A stretch of DNA of 64,000 bases, taken from Nitrospinaceae bacterium. GTDB lineage: Bacteria > Nitrospinota > Nitrospinia > Nitrospinales > Nitrospinaceae. The DNA is taken from positions 3,808,001-3,872,000 of the forward strand of contig OZ245011.1 of the NCBI GenBank assembly GCA_965223665.1, written 5' to 3'. The notes below the pieces were generated by a model that was not told where the DNA came from, made no database searches, and saw nothing but the letters and a program-made list of their open reading frames with translations. Both the position numbers and the translations under genes were made by a program. This document shows, one piece after another, positions 19,793 through 29,509 of this stretch; position 1 is the stretch's first letter, and each line of letters opens with the position of its first letter.

Positions 19793-19862
19793 AATTAATT
19801 CCTATTAATTGATAATCAAGACAAAAAATCTATCATATTCATTTATGAAAAACTAGGAGTTA

Positions 19863-20147
19863 CTAACAAAGATTTTTCTTAGAATGAGCAATTAAAGCTT
19901 TTTTAGCGCCTAAATGCCCTTGTTGAGAGGCTTTACACCACCATTTTATGGCTTCTTGAGTATCAAAAAAACCATTCTTTCCACAACAATAAGCATTTCC
20001 CAAACGAAATTGAGCCTCAGGTTCTCCTTTTTTGGCTTTTTCTTCCCATCGAATACGTTCATCCTGCGCATGAGACATTTTGGTATCATAAACTTTTGCG
20101 CAGGAAGTGAGTATAAAACAAATTATCAAAATAATAAGTATCTTCAT
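19863..20147 (-). CDS. Small lipoprotein with a Sel1-like repeat
   Basis: Lipobox LTSC. AKKGEPEAQFRLG..Y..G.....EAIKWW.KAS.QGH..A. Confidence 0.8.
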   Translation of the reverse strand: MKILIILIICFILTSCAKVYDTKMSHAQDERIRWEEKAKKGEPEAQFRLGNAYCCGKNGFFDTQEAIKWWCKASQQGHLGAKKALIAHSKKNLC

Positions 20148-20175
20148 TCTTTATTCATAGGTCGACAACTATAAT
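20143..20175 (+). promoter_or_regulatory. Putative response-regulator box plus -10 element
   Basis: TTCA-N7-TTCA (20143-20157), 12 nt, then TATAAT (20170-20175). Confidence 0.5.
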
Positions 20176-20185
20176 ATTCACTGAA

Positions 20186-20848
20186 ATGAAAATATTAATT
20201 ATAGAAGACGATATCCAAATTTCCAGGCAATTATCCGAGCACCTTGAAAATTGTGGTTTTGTGACTCAGATTGCTTCTGATGGTGAGGAAGGACATTATT
20301 GGGGAGAAGTTGAGGATTATGATGTTGTACTTTTAGATTTAGGTCTTCCTCAGTTAGATGGGATCACGTTGTTGGAACGCTGGCGACATAGCGGGAAAAC
20401 ATTTCCAGTGATCATTCTTTCTGCACGGACCAATAAAATGGAAACGATCCGTGGTCTAGAAGCTGGGGCAGATGATTATATTTATAAGCCTTTTGATTTG
20501 GATGAAGTGGTCGCTCGGATTCGAGCAAATATAAGGAGGGACAAGGGAAAATCGGATAAATTGTTCCAATGTCAAAATGTTGCCCTGGACATGAATGGTC
20601 GACGAGTATTATTAAATGGAGCGCATGTAAAATTAACCCGGATTGAATATTTGATTGTTCAATATTTGTTCCTTCATCAGGGAACTCTGGTAAGCGTTGC
20701 AGATCTTGGTGATCATGTTTATGAAAACTTTGATCACGATTCCAGTATCCTTGCACGACATATAGCAAACATTCGAAAAAAAATAGGTAGCGACATAATC
20801 CTCACTGAAAGTAATCGTGGTTACTATGTTCCCAAAGATAATTCATAG
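20186..20848 (+). CDS. OmpR/PhoP-family response regulator
   Basis: ILIIEDD, LLDLGLP..DG, GADDY..KPF, winged helix LT..EY and RGY. Confidence 0.95.
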   Translation: MKILIIEDDIQISRQLSEHLENCGFVTQIASDGEEGHYWGEVEDYDVVLLDLGLPQLDGITLLERWRHSGKTFPVIILSARTNKMETIRGLEAGADDYIYKPFDLDEVVARIRANIRRDKGKSDKLFQCQNVALDMNGRRVLLNGAHVKLTRIEYLIVQYLFLHQGTLVSVADLGDHVYENFDHDSSILARHIANIRKKIGSDIILTESNRGYYVPKDNS

Positions 20849-22118
20849 TTTAACAGCTCGCGTAATTTTTCTAAGCACGGTAGGAGGATTAGTTTTATTA
20901 ATTGCTATTGGTTTAAGTTCAGTTTGGTTATTCGAGGAGTCTCTAGAGGATCAATTAGATAATCATATTATGGCTTATGTTGATGTTCTAGCTGGAGCAA
21001 TTCGAATAGAAAATGGAAAAGTAGTTTTATCTAAAAATGCATCCATTTTACAATCCATCCCTCGCTATTGGCAGGTAGATGCTGAAGAATATCATGTTGC
21101 AAAATCTAATATTCTAAAAAGTTGGATTCCAATAAGAAAGCCTTTAAGTTTAGAACCGTATCATTTTCAGATTTCGCAAGAATCAGGACCAGAATTAATT
21201 GTTATTCAACGAGGATTTATTTTTCCTGGAAAGCATTGGGTGATAATCACCTTTTGCTTAGAAGAGCAGGTTGCTCTAGCTTATAAAGCCGATCTGAAGA
21301 AACAATTTGATGCATCTTTATTTAAGACGATTTCCTTTGTAGCTGTAATACTTGTTCTAATAATTTTGGCACAAGTTGTTTTAATCAATCGCCCTTTAAA
21401 GCAAATTAATCTTGCGTTGGGTCAGGTTCGATCTGGTCAAAGGGGGAGAATTGAAGGCAAATTCCCAAAAGAAATACAAATGCTTTCAGATGAGCTGAAT
21501 AATTTGCTGGATTATATTTCCAATGTGGTTGATCGGCACCGAACACTATCAAGCAATTTGGCGCATGCTATTAAAACACCTTTGACGGTTATTCGAAACG
21601 AAACGAAATCTTCTAATATTCACAATCAAATTGATTCTATATTACAGGTGATCGATAGGAATTTAGCTAGAGCGCAGACAGCGGGTAAATCAAAATCCTT
21701 AAACCCTCAATCAAAGATACATCCTATTCTTAAGCGAATTGTAGGAAGTTTCGAAAGAGTGTATCAAAAAAAAATTAAAATCCAATGTTCAGAATCAACC
21801 ACAATAAACTTTGATGAAATCGATCTCTACGAAATTTTGGGAAATCTTATAGAAAATGCATGCAAGTATGGAAACTCAAATGTATTAGTTACCGTAAAAA
21901 GTAATTTGATAATGGTTGAGGATGATGGGGTAGGGATTCCATTGAACGAAAGGGAATCTGTATTAAATCGAGGTATTAGGCTGGATCAGTCCAAACCGGG
22001 AGTTGGAATAGGATTATCAGTAGTAAAAGAAATATTAAACCTGTATAGAGCCAAAATTGAACTGATGGATTCGGAATTAGGAGGGCTCAAAGTAATAATT
22101 GAATTGAGAAGAGAGTAA
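20826..22118 (+). CDS. Membrane sensor histidine kinase (PhoQ-like)
   Basis: Two TM segments, HAMP-like region, LAHAIKTPL H-box, NLIENACKY, EDDGVG, G.GIGL. Confidence 0.93.
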   Translation: MFPKIIHSLTARVIFLSTVGGLVLLIAIGLSSVWLFEESLEDQLDNHIMAYVDVLAGAIRIENGKVVLSKNASILQSIPRYWQVDAEEYHVAKSNILKSWIPIRKPLSLEPYHFQISQESGPELIVIQRGFIFPGKHWVIITFCLEEQVALAYKADLKKQFDASLFKTISFVAVILVLIILAQVVLINRPLKQINLALGQVRSGQRGRIEGKFPKEIQMLSDELNNLLDYISNVVDRHRTLSSNLAHAIKTPLTVIRNETKSSNIHNQIDSILQVIDRNLARAQTAGKSKSLNPQSKIHPILKRIVGSFERVYQKKIKIQCSESTTINFDEIDLYEILGNLIENACKYGNSNVLVTVKSNLIMVEDDGVGIPLNERESVLNRGIRLDQSKPGVGIGLSVVKEILNLYRAKIELMDSELGGLKVIIELRRE

Positions 22119-22152
22119 AGTTAAATTTTTGGAATTTTCATTGAATTTTTCC

Positions 22153-22185
22153 TTCAATTTTTCTTCAAAGGTTTAGTGTTAATCT
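22153..22185 (+). promoter_or_regulatory. Putative response-regulator box plus extended -10
   Basis: TTCA-N7-TTCA (22153-22167), 12 nt, then TAATCT (22180-22185) preceded by TGn. Confidence 0.5.
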
Positions 22186-22222
22186 CTCATTTATTATTAA
22201 TCACGATAAATTGGAGATTGAT

Positions 22223-23011
22223 ATGAATAAGCTGGTTTTGATTTTAATTTTTTTGATCTTGTTTTCTGCATGTGCCCACACTGTGCAAACTACTTCAGGA
22301 GATTCCTATTTAGGTAAACATAAAAACTTGAATTCTACTGAAAGTAAAAGTCTAACCTCCCTTAATATTGAGCAGAAAGTTAGGCAAATTGCTGCTGTGG
22401 AACCTACTTTGAAATTTCCCGCGAGGATAGGAATTGCACGAATTGAGAGCGGTCAATTATCGACTTTACCGGGTGAGGAGGTTGAAAGTTGGATAAAACT
22501 TGGTGAAAAATTAGGCGTAGAATATGGGAAATTCATACCAGTAAATCCAATGATTGCACAAATGGTCAGTGAAGGAGAAGCAGTTAGTAATGAGTCTTCT
22601 TTAAAAAATGTAATTGCTAAAATTCGAATGGGCGCGGCCAGGCAACATCTGGATGTAGTATTAATTTATGAGATTTTTTCGAAATTAGATCAAAAGAGTA
22701 ATTTATTGAGCCTTGCAGATATTACTGTCCTTGGTGGTTTTATTTTGCCTTCCCATGCCTTGGAAATTGAAGGCTATTCCAATGCAATGCTAGTCGATGT
22801 TATAAACGGTTACCCTTATGGAACAGTTGAAACCTCATTGCAAAAAGAAGAAAGCTATTCTTCGACTTGGGGAATCGATAACACCGAAAAGGAATTAAAT
22901 AAAAGTATCAAATCGCAAGTGACTAAAAAACTAGTAGGTGAGGTGGAAGAAATGTTAAAAGAGGTTCGTTTGCAATTAGCGGAGAGTCGGTTAAAAAGGA
23001 AAGAAAAATAA
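22223..23011 (+). CDS. Uncharacterised lipoprotein
   Basis: GGAG RBS, lipobox LFSAC, 'EPTLKFPARIGIARI' and 'AARQHLDVVLIYE' segments. Confidence 0.8.
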   Translation: MNKLVLILIFLILFSACAHTVQTTSGDSYLGKHKNLNSTESKSLTSLNIEQKVRQIAAVEPTLKFPARIGIARIESGQLSTLPGEEVESWIKLGEKLGVEYGKFIPVNPMIAQMVSEGEAVSNESSLKNVIAKIRMGAARQHLDVVLIYEIFSKLDQKSNLLSLADITVLGGFILPSHALEIEGYSNAMLVDVINGYPYGTVETSLQKEESYSSTWGIDNTEKELNKSIKSQVTKKLVGEVEEMLKEVRLQLAESRLKRKEK

Positions 23012-23028
23012 ATTTAAAATTTTTGATT

Positions 23029-23880
23029 TTAAAAGCCAAGGGACTCTAAATAGTTTAGAACTCCACCTTCTGCATTGCTACTGATGATTTGGTCGGCTTT
23101 TGATTTAACTTCTGGAAGTGCATTGTCAACAGCAATAGATTTCCCTGCGACTTGGAACATTTCCAAGTCATTGAGATAATCGCCAAAAACTACTGTTTTG
23201 TTAAGTGGAATGCCTAAATAATCAGCCAGTTTTTTAAGCATGCTGCCTTTGTCAGCATTTCGATGAAACATTTGTAACCAGTAATATCCAGGCATTTCAA
23301 TATCTTCAGCAAAATAAAGATTTAAATGATCCGGGTATTGATCAAGCAGTGATTGGTAAATAGGTTCTAATACTTGAAATGTATCGATTAATAAAAACCC
23401 TGCAATATACTCTTCTTCTAAAAAATCATATTCTTTGATTTTGCGTAATCGCCCATCCCCTTCCAGGTGGTTAAAATAGTTCATTGTTCCTGGATTAGGT
23501 GTATTTCTGTAATAAAGTCTATGCTGTTTCCCGTATGTATATATAAAAGGATCCAGATTCAAAGGAAGAACTTGCTCTAATAATTGGTGAAAAACAGTTT
23601 TAGAAATGAAGTTTGATAACTGTAGGTTTTCTCCTGTTTCAAATTCAGTAAGATAAACCCCGTTAAAAAGAATGACCGGAATTTGAAATTGCACTTTCTT
23701 TAAAATTGGATGAACCGAATCATAATTCCTTGCAGTTGCAATGGTAAACTTTAAACCCCGGTCAATGAGTCGGTTGAGGCGATTTGCCGATTCGTTAGAA
23801 AATTTACTTTTGGGTTCTAAAAGCGTCCCATCAACGTCAGAGACATATAAACAGGATTTTGGATCAATTATGGTCATCAA
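23029..23880 (-). CDS. Cof-type HAD subfamily IIB hydrolase
   Basis: DVDGTLL, IATAR, NG, DKG, FGDYLNDLEMF, NA. Confidence 0.93.
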   Translation of the reverse strand: MMTIIDPKSCLYVSDVDGTLLEPKSKFSNESANRLNRLIDRGLKFTIATARNYDSVHPILKKVQFQIPVILFNGVYLTEFETGENLQLSNFISKTVFHQLLEQVLPLNLDPFIYTYGKQHRLYYRNTPNPGTMNYFNHLEGDGRLRKIKEYDFLEEEYIAGFLLIDTFQVLEPIYQSLLDQYPDHLNLYFAEDIEMPGYYWLQMFHRNADKGSMLKKLADYLGIPLNKTVVFGDYLNDLEMFQVAGKSIAVDNALPEVKSKADQIISSNAEGGVLNYLESLGF

Positions 23881-23969
23881 AAACTAATTTGTAAGGGAAT
23901 TAAGAAAACCGGGACTAAATAGTAACTTTTATATAAGAACAATTTATAATTAGATAACTAAAAGGAGAT

Positions 23970-24800
23970 TTGTTCATGCTCATGTCAATATTTAACAGAG
24001 TTGAAGCATCTGATCAAAACAAAATACCAGCCGGATTTAAAAGGATCAAATTTTTTACGTTGAGCTTTTTTTTAGTTCTGGTGTGGGCTTCTCCTGCGTT
24101 GTCTTTCAACTTTTCGAGTTGGGATGGGATAGTCAAAAAATATGTAAAACCTACCACGATTGATGGGGTTAATTTGAATGGTGTCAACTATTCTGCTTTA
24201 AAAAAAGATTCTGATTTTAAAAAATTGGTCTCAAGTTTAGAGAAATTTTCGCCATCCAATCTCAAAGCTAAAGAAGAAAAATTAGTGTTTTGGATAAATG
24301 TTTATAATATTATGGCGGTAAAAATGATTTTAGATAACTATCCTTTGGACAGTATTAAAGATGCAGGTAGCCTTCTAACTTCGGTTTGGAAAAAACCAGT
24401 AGGAATTGTTGGAGGAAAAGAAAGAACTCTTAATGAAATTGAGCATGAAATTCTTAGAAAAATGGGGGAACCGCGAATTCATGTTGCTATTGTATGTGCT
24501 TCGGTAAGCTGTCCTGATCTAAGAGCGGAAGCGTACACAGTGGAAAACCTAAATGAGCAATTGGAAGACCAAGTACGTAAGTTTTTAACCAACCCAACAA
24601 AAGGACTTCGACTGGATAAATCTGATCAGGAAGTGCATATTTCATCAATATTTGATTGGTTTGAAGAAGATTTTGATTCCCAAGGAGGAGTATTAAAGTT
24701 TATCCAACGTTATTCTCCTGAAGCTGTTCAAAAAGAACTTTCCAAGAAAAAATATGACATAGAGCATTTAAATTATAACTGGGATTTAAATAAAATATAA
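23970..24800 (+). CDS. Secreted DUF547 domain protein (start uncertain)
   Basis: FWINVYN, LNEIEH.ILR, PRIH.AIVCAS.SCP.L, SSIFDWF.EDF, YNWDLN. Confidence 0.9.
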   Translation: MFMLMSIFNRVEASDQNKIPAGFKRIKFFTLSFFLVLVWASPALSFNFSSWDGIVKKYVKPTTIDGVNLNGVNYSALKKDSDFKKLVSSLEKFSPSNLKAKEEKLVFWINVYNIMAVKMILDNYPLDSIKDAGSLLTSVWKKPVGIVGGKERTLNEIEHEILRKMGEPRIHVAIVCASVSCPDLRAEAYTVENLNEQLEDQVRKFLTNPTKGLRLDKSDQEVHISSIFDWFEEDFDSQGGVLKFIQRYSPEAVQKELSKKKYDIEHLNYNWDLNKI

Positions 24801-24832
24801 AATCTAAAGTGGAAAAAAAGTTAAAATAAAAA

Positions 24833-24869
24833 TCCAAGACAGATCTCAAAAATCGAAATCTGTCTTGGA
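24833..24869. terminator. Probable bidirectional terminator
   Basis: TCCAAGACAGAT-N13-ATCTGTCTTGGA between convergent genes, with A and T tracts on both sides. Confidence 0.75.
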
Positions 24870-24875
24870 AATTTT

Positions 24876-25868
24876 TTATTCAGTTTCAAATAAACTTCCT
24901 GCACGCCAATCATAAATTCCATTCACACTTCGATTATGACCGCCACTTACAGAGGACCAAAATCCATTGGCGGCATTGTTGCGCCCTCCACTGACACTGG
25001 CATTATTTTCACCTGCAGTATTATTTAATCCACCGCTTACACTGGACCAGGGTGAGTTTGCAGTATTTTCACTGCCACCACTAACACTGGAACTTTGGCC
25101 GCTAGAGAGATTTTCACGTCCTCCACTGACACTAGAGGTTGTTGCAGTTGCTTGATTTAGAAATCCACCAGTGACAACAGCAGTGAATCCACTTGTAAGA
25201 TTTCTTTGGCCTCCAATAACAGAAGATCCGCCACTACTTGCTACATTGAGTTGGCCACTGATGGCACTACTATTAGGGCCGGATATTATATTGTTAGCCC
25301 CAGAGACAATTCCTCCATAGCTGGAATAATTATGACCTCCACCCACGATAATATTATGTGATCCGGATTTGTCTGAAATTGGCAAACCACCCGGATCATA
25401 GGGAAAAATCTCTTCATTATATCCCACAATCAAATTACCCAATCCATTGACCATGGGTGGGTCTTCATCTACCCCTCCAGATGTTGATCCCAGGCCACTT
25501 ATAATTTGAACATTGACACCTTCAAAAATTATGGTATCTCCATCCCGGGTTACCCCCTGAAATATGGTAAGCAGATCTTTCAGCGTAGTAACACTTTTGT
25601 TTAACACTTGGATGGAATTAGAATTTACCGAAACGCGGGATGCCAAACTGCTGATCGCTTCTTTTAAATTTTCATCGTTGGTTTGTAGTCTTTGGATTTG
25701 ATTTGATTGATTAGCATTTTCTTCTTTTAATTTACTTACCTGAGATTCTAGGGCTCGAACTCTTTTTTCTAGATCATCGATTAATTCTAATGCAGGATTG
25801 GCTGCATAAGCTGAGCTTCCCCATAAAATACCAAAAAATGTAAATAAATATACTGCGAGCTTTTTCAT
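24876..25868 (-). CDS. Secreted coiled-coil plus 15-aa SVSGGxxN repeat (fibre or adhesin-like) protein
   Basis: Signal peptide (AYA), heptad coiled coil, then about nine 15-aa Gly/Ser/Asn repeats at 24915-25319. Confidence 0.8.
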   Translation of the reverse strand: MKKLAVYLFTFFGILWGSSAYAANPALELIDDLEKRVRALESQVSKLKEENANQSNQIQRLQTNDENLKEAISSLASRVSVNSNSIQVLNKSVTTLKDLLTIFQGVTRDGDTIIFEGVNVQIISGLGSTSGGVDEDPPMVNGLGNLIVGYNEEIFPYDPGGLPISDKSGSHNIIVGGGHNYSSYGGIVSGANNIISGPNSSAISGQLNVASSGGSSVIGGQRNLTSGFTAVVTGGFLNQATATTSSVSGGRENLSSGQSSSVSGGSENTANSPWSSVSGGLNNTAGENNASVSGGRNNAANGFWSSVSGGHNRSVNGIYDWRAGSLFETE

Positions 25869-26058
25869 AATTTTATTCCCTCCAGAGCAGAATAAATTCC
25901 TGGTATCAATTTAAGAATAACTGAGATGAATATATAACGTCCTCAGTTGTGTTTTTTTAATTTTTGTTCCAGAGGATTTTAATGAGGTTTTATATAAAAG
26001 GGTAATAAAAAATATAAAATATGGGTATAGGGGGTGAAAGTGAAGCGAAAAATAGAGG

Positions 26059-26093
26059 GGTGGAGAGAGGCCAAGGCATTAGCTCTCTCCACC
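26059..26093 (-). terminator. Hairpin downstream of ftsZ (end of the dcw operon)
   Basis: GGTGGAGAGAG-N13-CTCTCTCCACC followed on the minus strand by CCTCTATTTTT. Confidence 0.75.
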
Positions 26094-26131
26094 TAAAAAT
26101 CGAATTTAAATATTAACCTAGCCTTAAAAGT

Positions 26132-27322
26132 TTAGTCTGCATTTTTTCTTAAGAAAGTGGGAATGTCTGTATTCTCCCGGTCTCTGAGTATTTCAGGGGC
26201 TTCCTGACAAATAGAATCAGCTAACTGTTTTAAACTTCCTCTAACATATGTAGGCAATGGCTTGGATTCCTCCGGTTGTAGATCACCGCCTACAACTTTT
26301 TTTAGAGGCATGGGTTTGGCTTGGGTTTGAGCAACATGCTCTTCATTTCCCTTTTTTTCTTCTTCTTCAAAGCCAGTTGCGATTACAGTAACCCTCATTT
26401 CATCCTTCATTTCTGGTTCAATAACGGCTCCAAAAATAATATGTGCATCATTGTGCGCACTTTTGTGAATTAAGGTTGCGGATTCATTAACATCATGAAG
26501 AGTTAAACTTTCACCACCGGTGATGTTAATTAAGATACCGCGAGCGCCATCAACAGTAGCTTCATCCAATAAGGGGCTGGAAATAGCTTTTTGTGCTGCT
26601 TCAATGGCACGATTTTCTCCAGTCGCAGATCCACTTCCCATTAAAGCTTTACCCATTCCAGACATAATGGTTTTAACATCTGCAAAGTCCAGGTTGATTA
26701 AACCTGGAATGACAATGAGATCGGAGATGCTTGAAACTGCTTGACGAAGTACATCATCCGCTTGAGAAAAAGCATCTGTTAATGAAGTTTGTCTACCTAT
26801 AAAACTTAATAGCTTTTGATTGGGGATAACGATGAGCGTATCAACTGCTTGCTGCAATTCTTGAATACCTTCTTCAGCTTGAATCTGTCTCCGCTTTCCT
26901 TCGAAAAGAAAGGGTCGAGTGACCACGCCTACTGTAAGAGCACCAACATCCCGTGCAATATCAGCGATAATGGGGGCACCACCAGTTCCTGTGCCGCCTC
27001 CCATTCCTGCAGTTATAAAAACCATGTCGGCTCCGTCTAGCATATCTCGGATTTGATCCTGGCTTTCTTCTGCGGATTGCCGGCCTATTTCAGGATTGGA
27101 TCCAGCTCCCAGACCTTTAGTGACTTGAGAACCCACTTGAATTTTCTGTGGACAGGGGGACGAGTCCAAAGCTTGAATGTCTGTGTTTGCAATAATAAAT
27201 TCTACACCTTGGATGTTGGATACCACCATCGAGTTGACCGCGTTGGTGCCACCCCCACCCACTCCAATAACTTTAATGCAGGCAGTATATTCGTTATCTA
27301 ATTCAAATTCGATCATGCCCAT
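26132..27322 (-). CDS. ftsZ: Cell division protein FtsZ
   Basis: [31 protein letters not shown] tail. Confidence 0.99.
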   Translation of the reverse strand: MGMIEFELDNEYTACIKVIGVGGGGTNAVNSMVVSNIQGVEFIIANTDIQALDSSPCPQKIQVGSQVTKGLGAGSNPEIGRQSAEESQDQIRDMLDGADMVFITAGMGGGTGTGGAPIIADIARDVGALTVGVVTRPFLFEGKRRQIQAEEGIQELQQAVDTLIVIPNQKLLSFIGRQTSLTDAFSQADDVLRQAVSSISDLIVIPGLINLDFADVKTIMSGMGKALMGSGSATGENRAIEAAQKAISSPLLDEATVDGARGILINITGGESLTLHDVNESATLIHKSAHNDAHIIFGAVIEPEMKDEMRVTVIATGFEEEEKKGNEEHVAQTQAKPMPLKKVVGGDLQPEESKPLPTYVRGSLKQLADSICQEAPEILRDRENTDIPTFLRKNAD

Positions 27323-27341
27323 TTTCTCCTCTATTAACGTA

Positions 27342-28574
27342 CTAAAAAAATTCGTCCATCCAGCGTTTCATACGGCTTAAAATTTTTTCAAACAAATTGC
27401 GACCCTGAAGTTCAGTGGATTTGCCATCTTTTTGAGTGCGGACACCGTACATAATGAGCCCTGTGCTGGTGGCATAAATTGGGTTGTTGACTACATCGAC
27501 CAACCCTCCCAAACCTCTTGGAATTCCAACCCGGACAGGCATTTGAAATACTTGTTCGGCAAGATCGGCAAGACCCTGCATACATGCAGTTCCGCCGGTT
27601 AAAACAACTCCCGAAGAAATGCTTTCTTGAAATCCAGAATTTTGGATTTCGTGATTCAAAATTTCGAACATTTCACGTGTGCGTGCTTCAATAATTTCGC
27701 TCAAAATTTGGCGGGAGATAAAAATTGAATTTCTTCCTCCCACGCTAGTGACTTCAATGTTTTCATCTTCAGTAACCAGGGGAGAGTAGGCGCAACCGTA
27801 GGCATGTTTAATTTTTTCCGCTTCGGCATTGGGGGTGCGCAAACCAATAGCAATATCATTGGTGACCTGCGCTCCGGCAATGGCAAGAACCGAGGTGTGC
27901 TTAATGGCTCCCTGGTAGAAGATCGCCAGGTCTGAGGTGCCTCCTCCGATGTCGATTAATCCAACGCCTAATTCTTTTTCATCATTGGATAAAACCGCTT
28001 CACTGGAAGCAAGCTGTTCCAGGACAATATCTTGAACACCCAGTCCAGCTTTGTTGACGCATTTTACTATATTTTGAGCAGAAGTTACAGCAGCAGTTAC
28101 AATATGTACTTTAGCTTCCAATCGAATTCCTGACATTCCAATGGGAGACTTAATTCCATCTTGGTTATCTACTATAAATTCCTGAGGTAATATATGAATG
28201 ACCTCTCGATCTAACGGGATGGCTATGGCTTTGGCTGCTTCAATAACACGTTCAACGTCATTCTCATCAATTTCACTCCCTTTAACAGCGATAATGCCAT
28301 GGCTATTCATACTTTTTATGTGACCGCCCGCAATTCCTACAAACACGGAGTCAATTTCAGTGCCTGCCATCAATTCTGCTTCTTCGACAGCGCTTTTAAT
28401 CGATTCCACAGTTCCTTCAATATTAACCACCACGCCTTTTCTAAGGCCACGTGAAGGGGATTGACCTAGTCCAATGATTTCTATTTCCCCTTGAGGACTG
28501 ACTTCGGCAATTATGCAGCAAATTTTGGTGGTGCCTATATCTAGTCCCACTATAAAATTATTTTTCTTGGACAT
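27342..28574 (-). CDS. ftsA: Cell division protein FtsA
   Basis: GLDIGTTK, DIGGGT, AEKIK, VLTGG, C-terminal amphipathic helix. Confidence 0.99.
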   Translation of the reverse strand: MSKKNNFIVGLDIGTTKICCIIAEVSPQGEIEIIGLGQSPSRGLRKGVVVNIEGTVESIKSAVEEAELMAGTEIDSVFVGIAGGHIKSMNSHGIIAVKGSEIDENDVERVIEAAKAIAIPLDREVIHILPQEFIVDNQDGIKSPIGMSGIRLEAKVHIVTAAVTSAQNIVKCVNKAGLGVQDIVLEQLASSEAVLSNDEKELGVGLIDIGGGTSDLAIFYQGAIKHTSVLAIAGAQVTNDIAIGLRTPNAEAEKIKHAYGCAYSPLVTEDENIEVTSVGGRNSIFISRQILSEIIEARTREMFEILNHEIQNSGFQESISSGVVLTGGTACMQGLADLAEQVFQMPVRVGIPRGLGGLVDVVNNPIYATSTGLIMYGVRTQKDGKSTELQGRNLFEKILSRMKRWMDEFF

Positions 28575-28592
28575 GTGTGTCCCCTCTCCAAA

Positions 28593-29483
28593 TTATAAAT
28601 TGCGAGTTTCGTGGGGTGATCCCCCATCATCCACTCGCTTGATCACGACTTTATCCTTAAAAGATAAATCAATATATTGAATCCCTTTTAAGGTTGGTTG
28701 AGCTGTTCTAAAAATTGTTTTGAGATTTTCAAATCCTTCCTGAATTCGGTCAATGGAGACATGGAGCTTGACTTTTTCGAAACGGGATTGAAATTCAAGG
28801 TTGTTCAGACCCTTAAATTTAAGCTGGTCAATTGGGTCATTTTTAAAAATGTCCATCCGGTTTAAATGATGCATTGCGTTTAAACCTTCTGTCATTCCAT
28901 CAATAGCGAGTGGCTCACCCAAATTGAAGCTATTAATATTTGCTCCTGTAATTAAGGGAAGTTCGTTGTGATTTCCTCTTGCAGGGGCAATAAGAACTCC
29001 AAAATTATCCATCAGATATGTTTTGTCTAATTTGATTAATGCGTAAGGTTGTCTTTCTTGGATAGCAATATGTATTGTCTGAGGAAATTTGCGAACCACA
29101 ATCACATTACGAACCCAAGGGTTTTTGCTTAAAGAATCTGTTATGGCCGGCAAGTCTAATTTGAAAATATTTTGTCCGGAAATTGTTTGGGACCAGTTTT
29201 CTAAAGTCTTTTTTTCTATGACTTGATTACCTGAAAAAATAATTTTAGAAACATTGAACTTGGGAGAGGTAGTGAAGAATAAATATCCATGGTACAGCCC
29301 ATAACCTAAAGCTAAGGCAAGGATTAGTTTTCCTAAGCCATCTAAAATGGACTTCACCCAATCCCATGAAATTTCTCCTTTTTTTATTACTTTGGTTTGC
29401 TTATTTTTTCCTTTAGTCTTCCTTTTCTTTTCAGGAGACTGGTTCCAGATTAAATTATTTTGTTTTTTTACTAGAGTGTACAT
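28593..29483 (-). CDS. ftsQ: Cell division protein FtsQ/DivIB
   Basis: Single TM, POTRA domain (PWV..V.V.RKFP...I.I.ERQP), YIDL motif, dcw position. Confidence 0.92.
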   Translation of the reverse strand: MYTLVKKQNNLIWNQSPEKKRKTKGKNKQTKVIKKGEISWDWVKSILDGLGKLILALALGYGLYHGYLFFTTSPKFNVSKIIFSGNQVIEKKTLENWSQTISGQNIFKLDLPAITDSLSKNPWVRNVIVVRKFPQTIHIAIQERQPYALIKLDKTYLMDNFGVLIAPARGNHNELPLITGANINSFNLGEPLAIDGMTEGLNAMHHLNRMDIFKNDPIDQLKFKGLNNLEFQSRFEKVKLHVSIDRIQEGFENLKTIFRTAQPTLKGIQYIDLSFKDKVVIKRVDDGGSPHETRNL

Positions 29484-29509
29484 GAGTTTCTCAAAAACAG
29501 TTTTTAGAG

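Noticed and set aside
24915..25319. 45-bp periodic DNA similarity, considered as a CRISPR or non-coding array
   Set aside because: The repeats are degenerate, in frame and explained by the 15-aa protein repeat; there are no cas genes.
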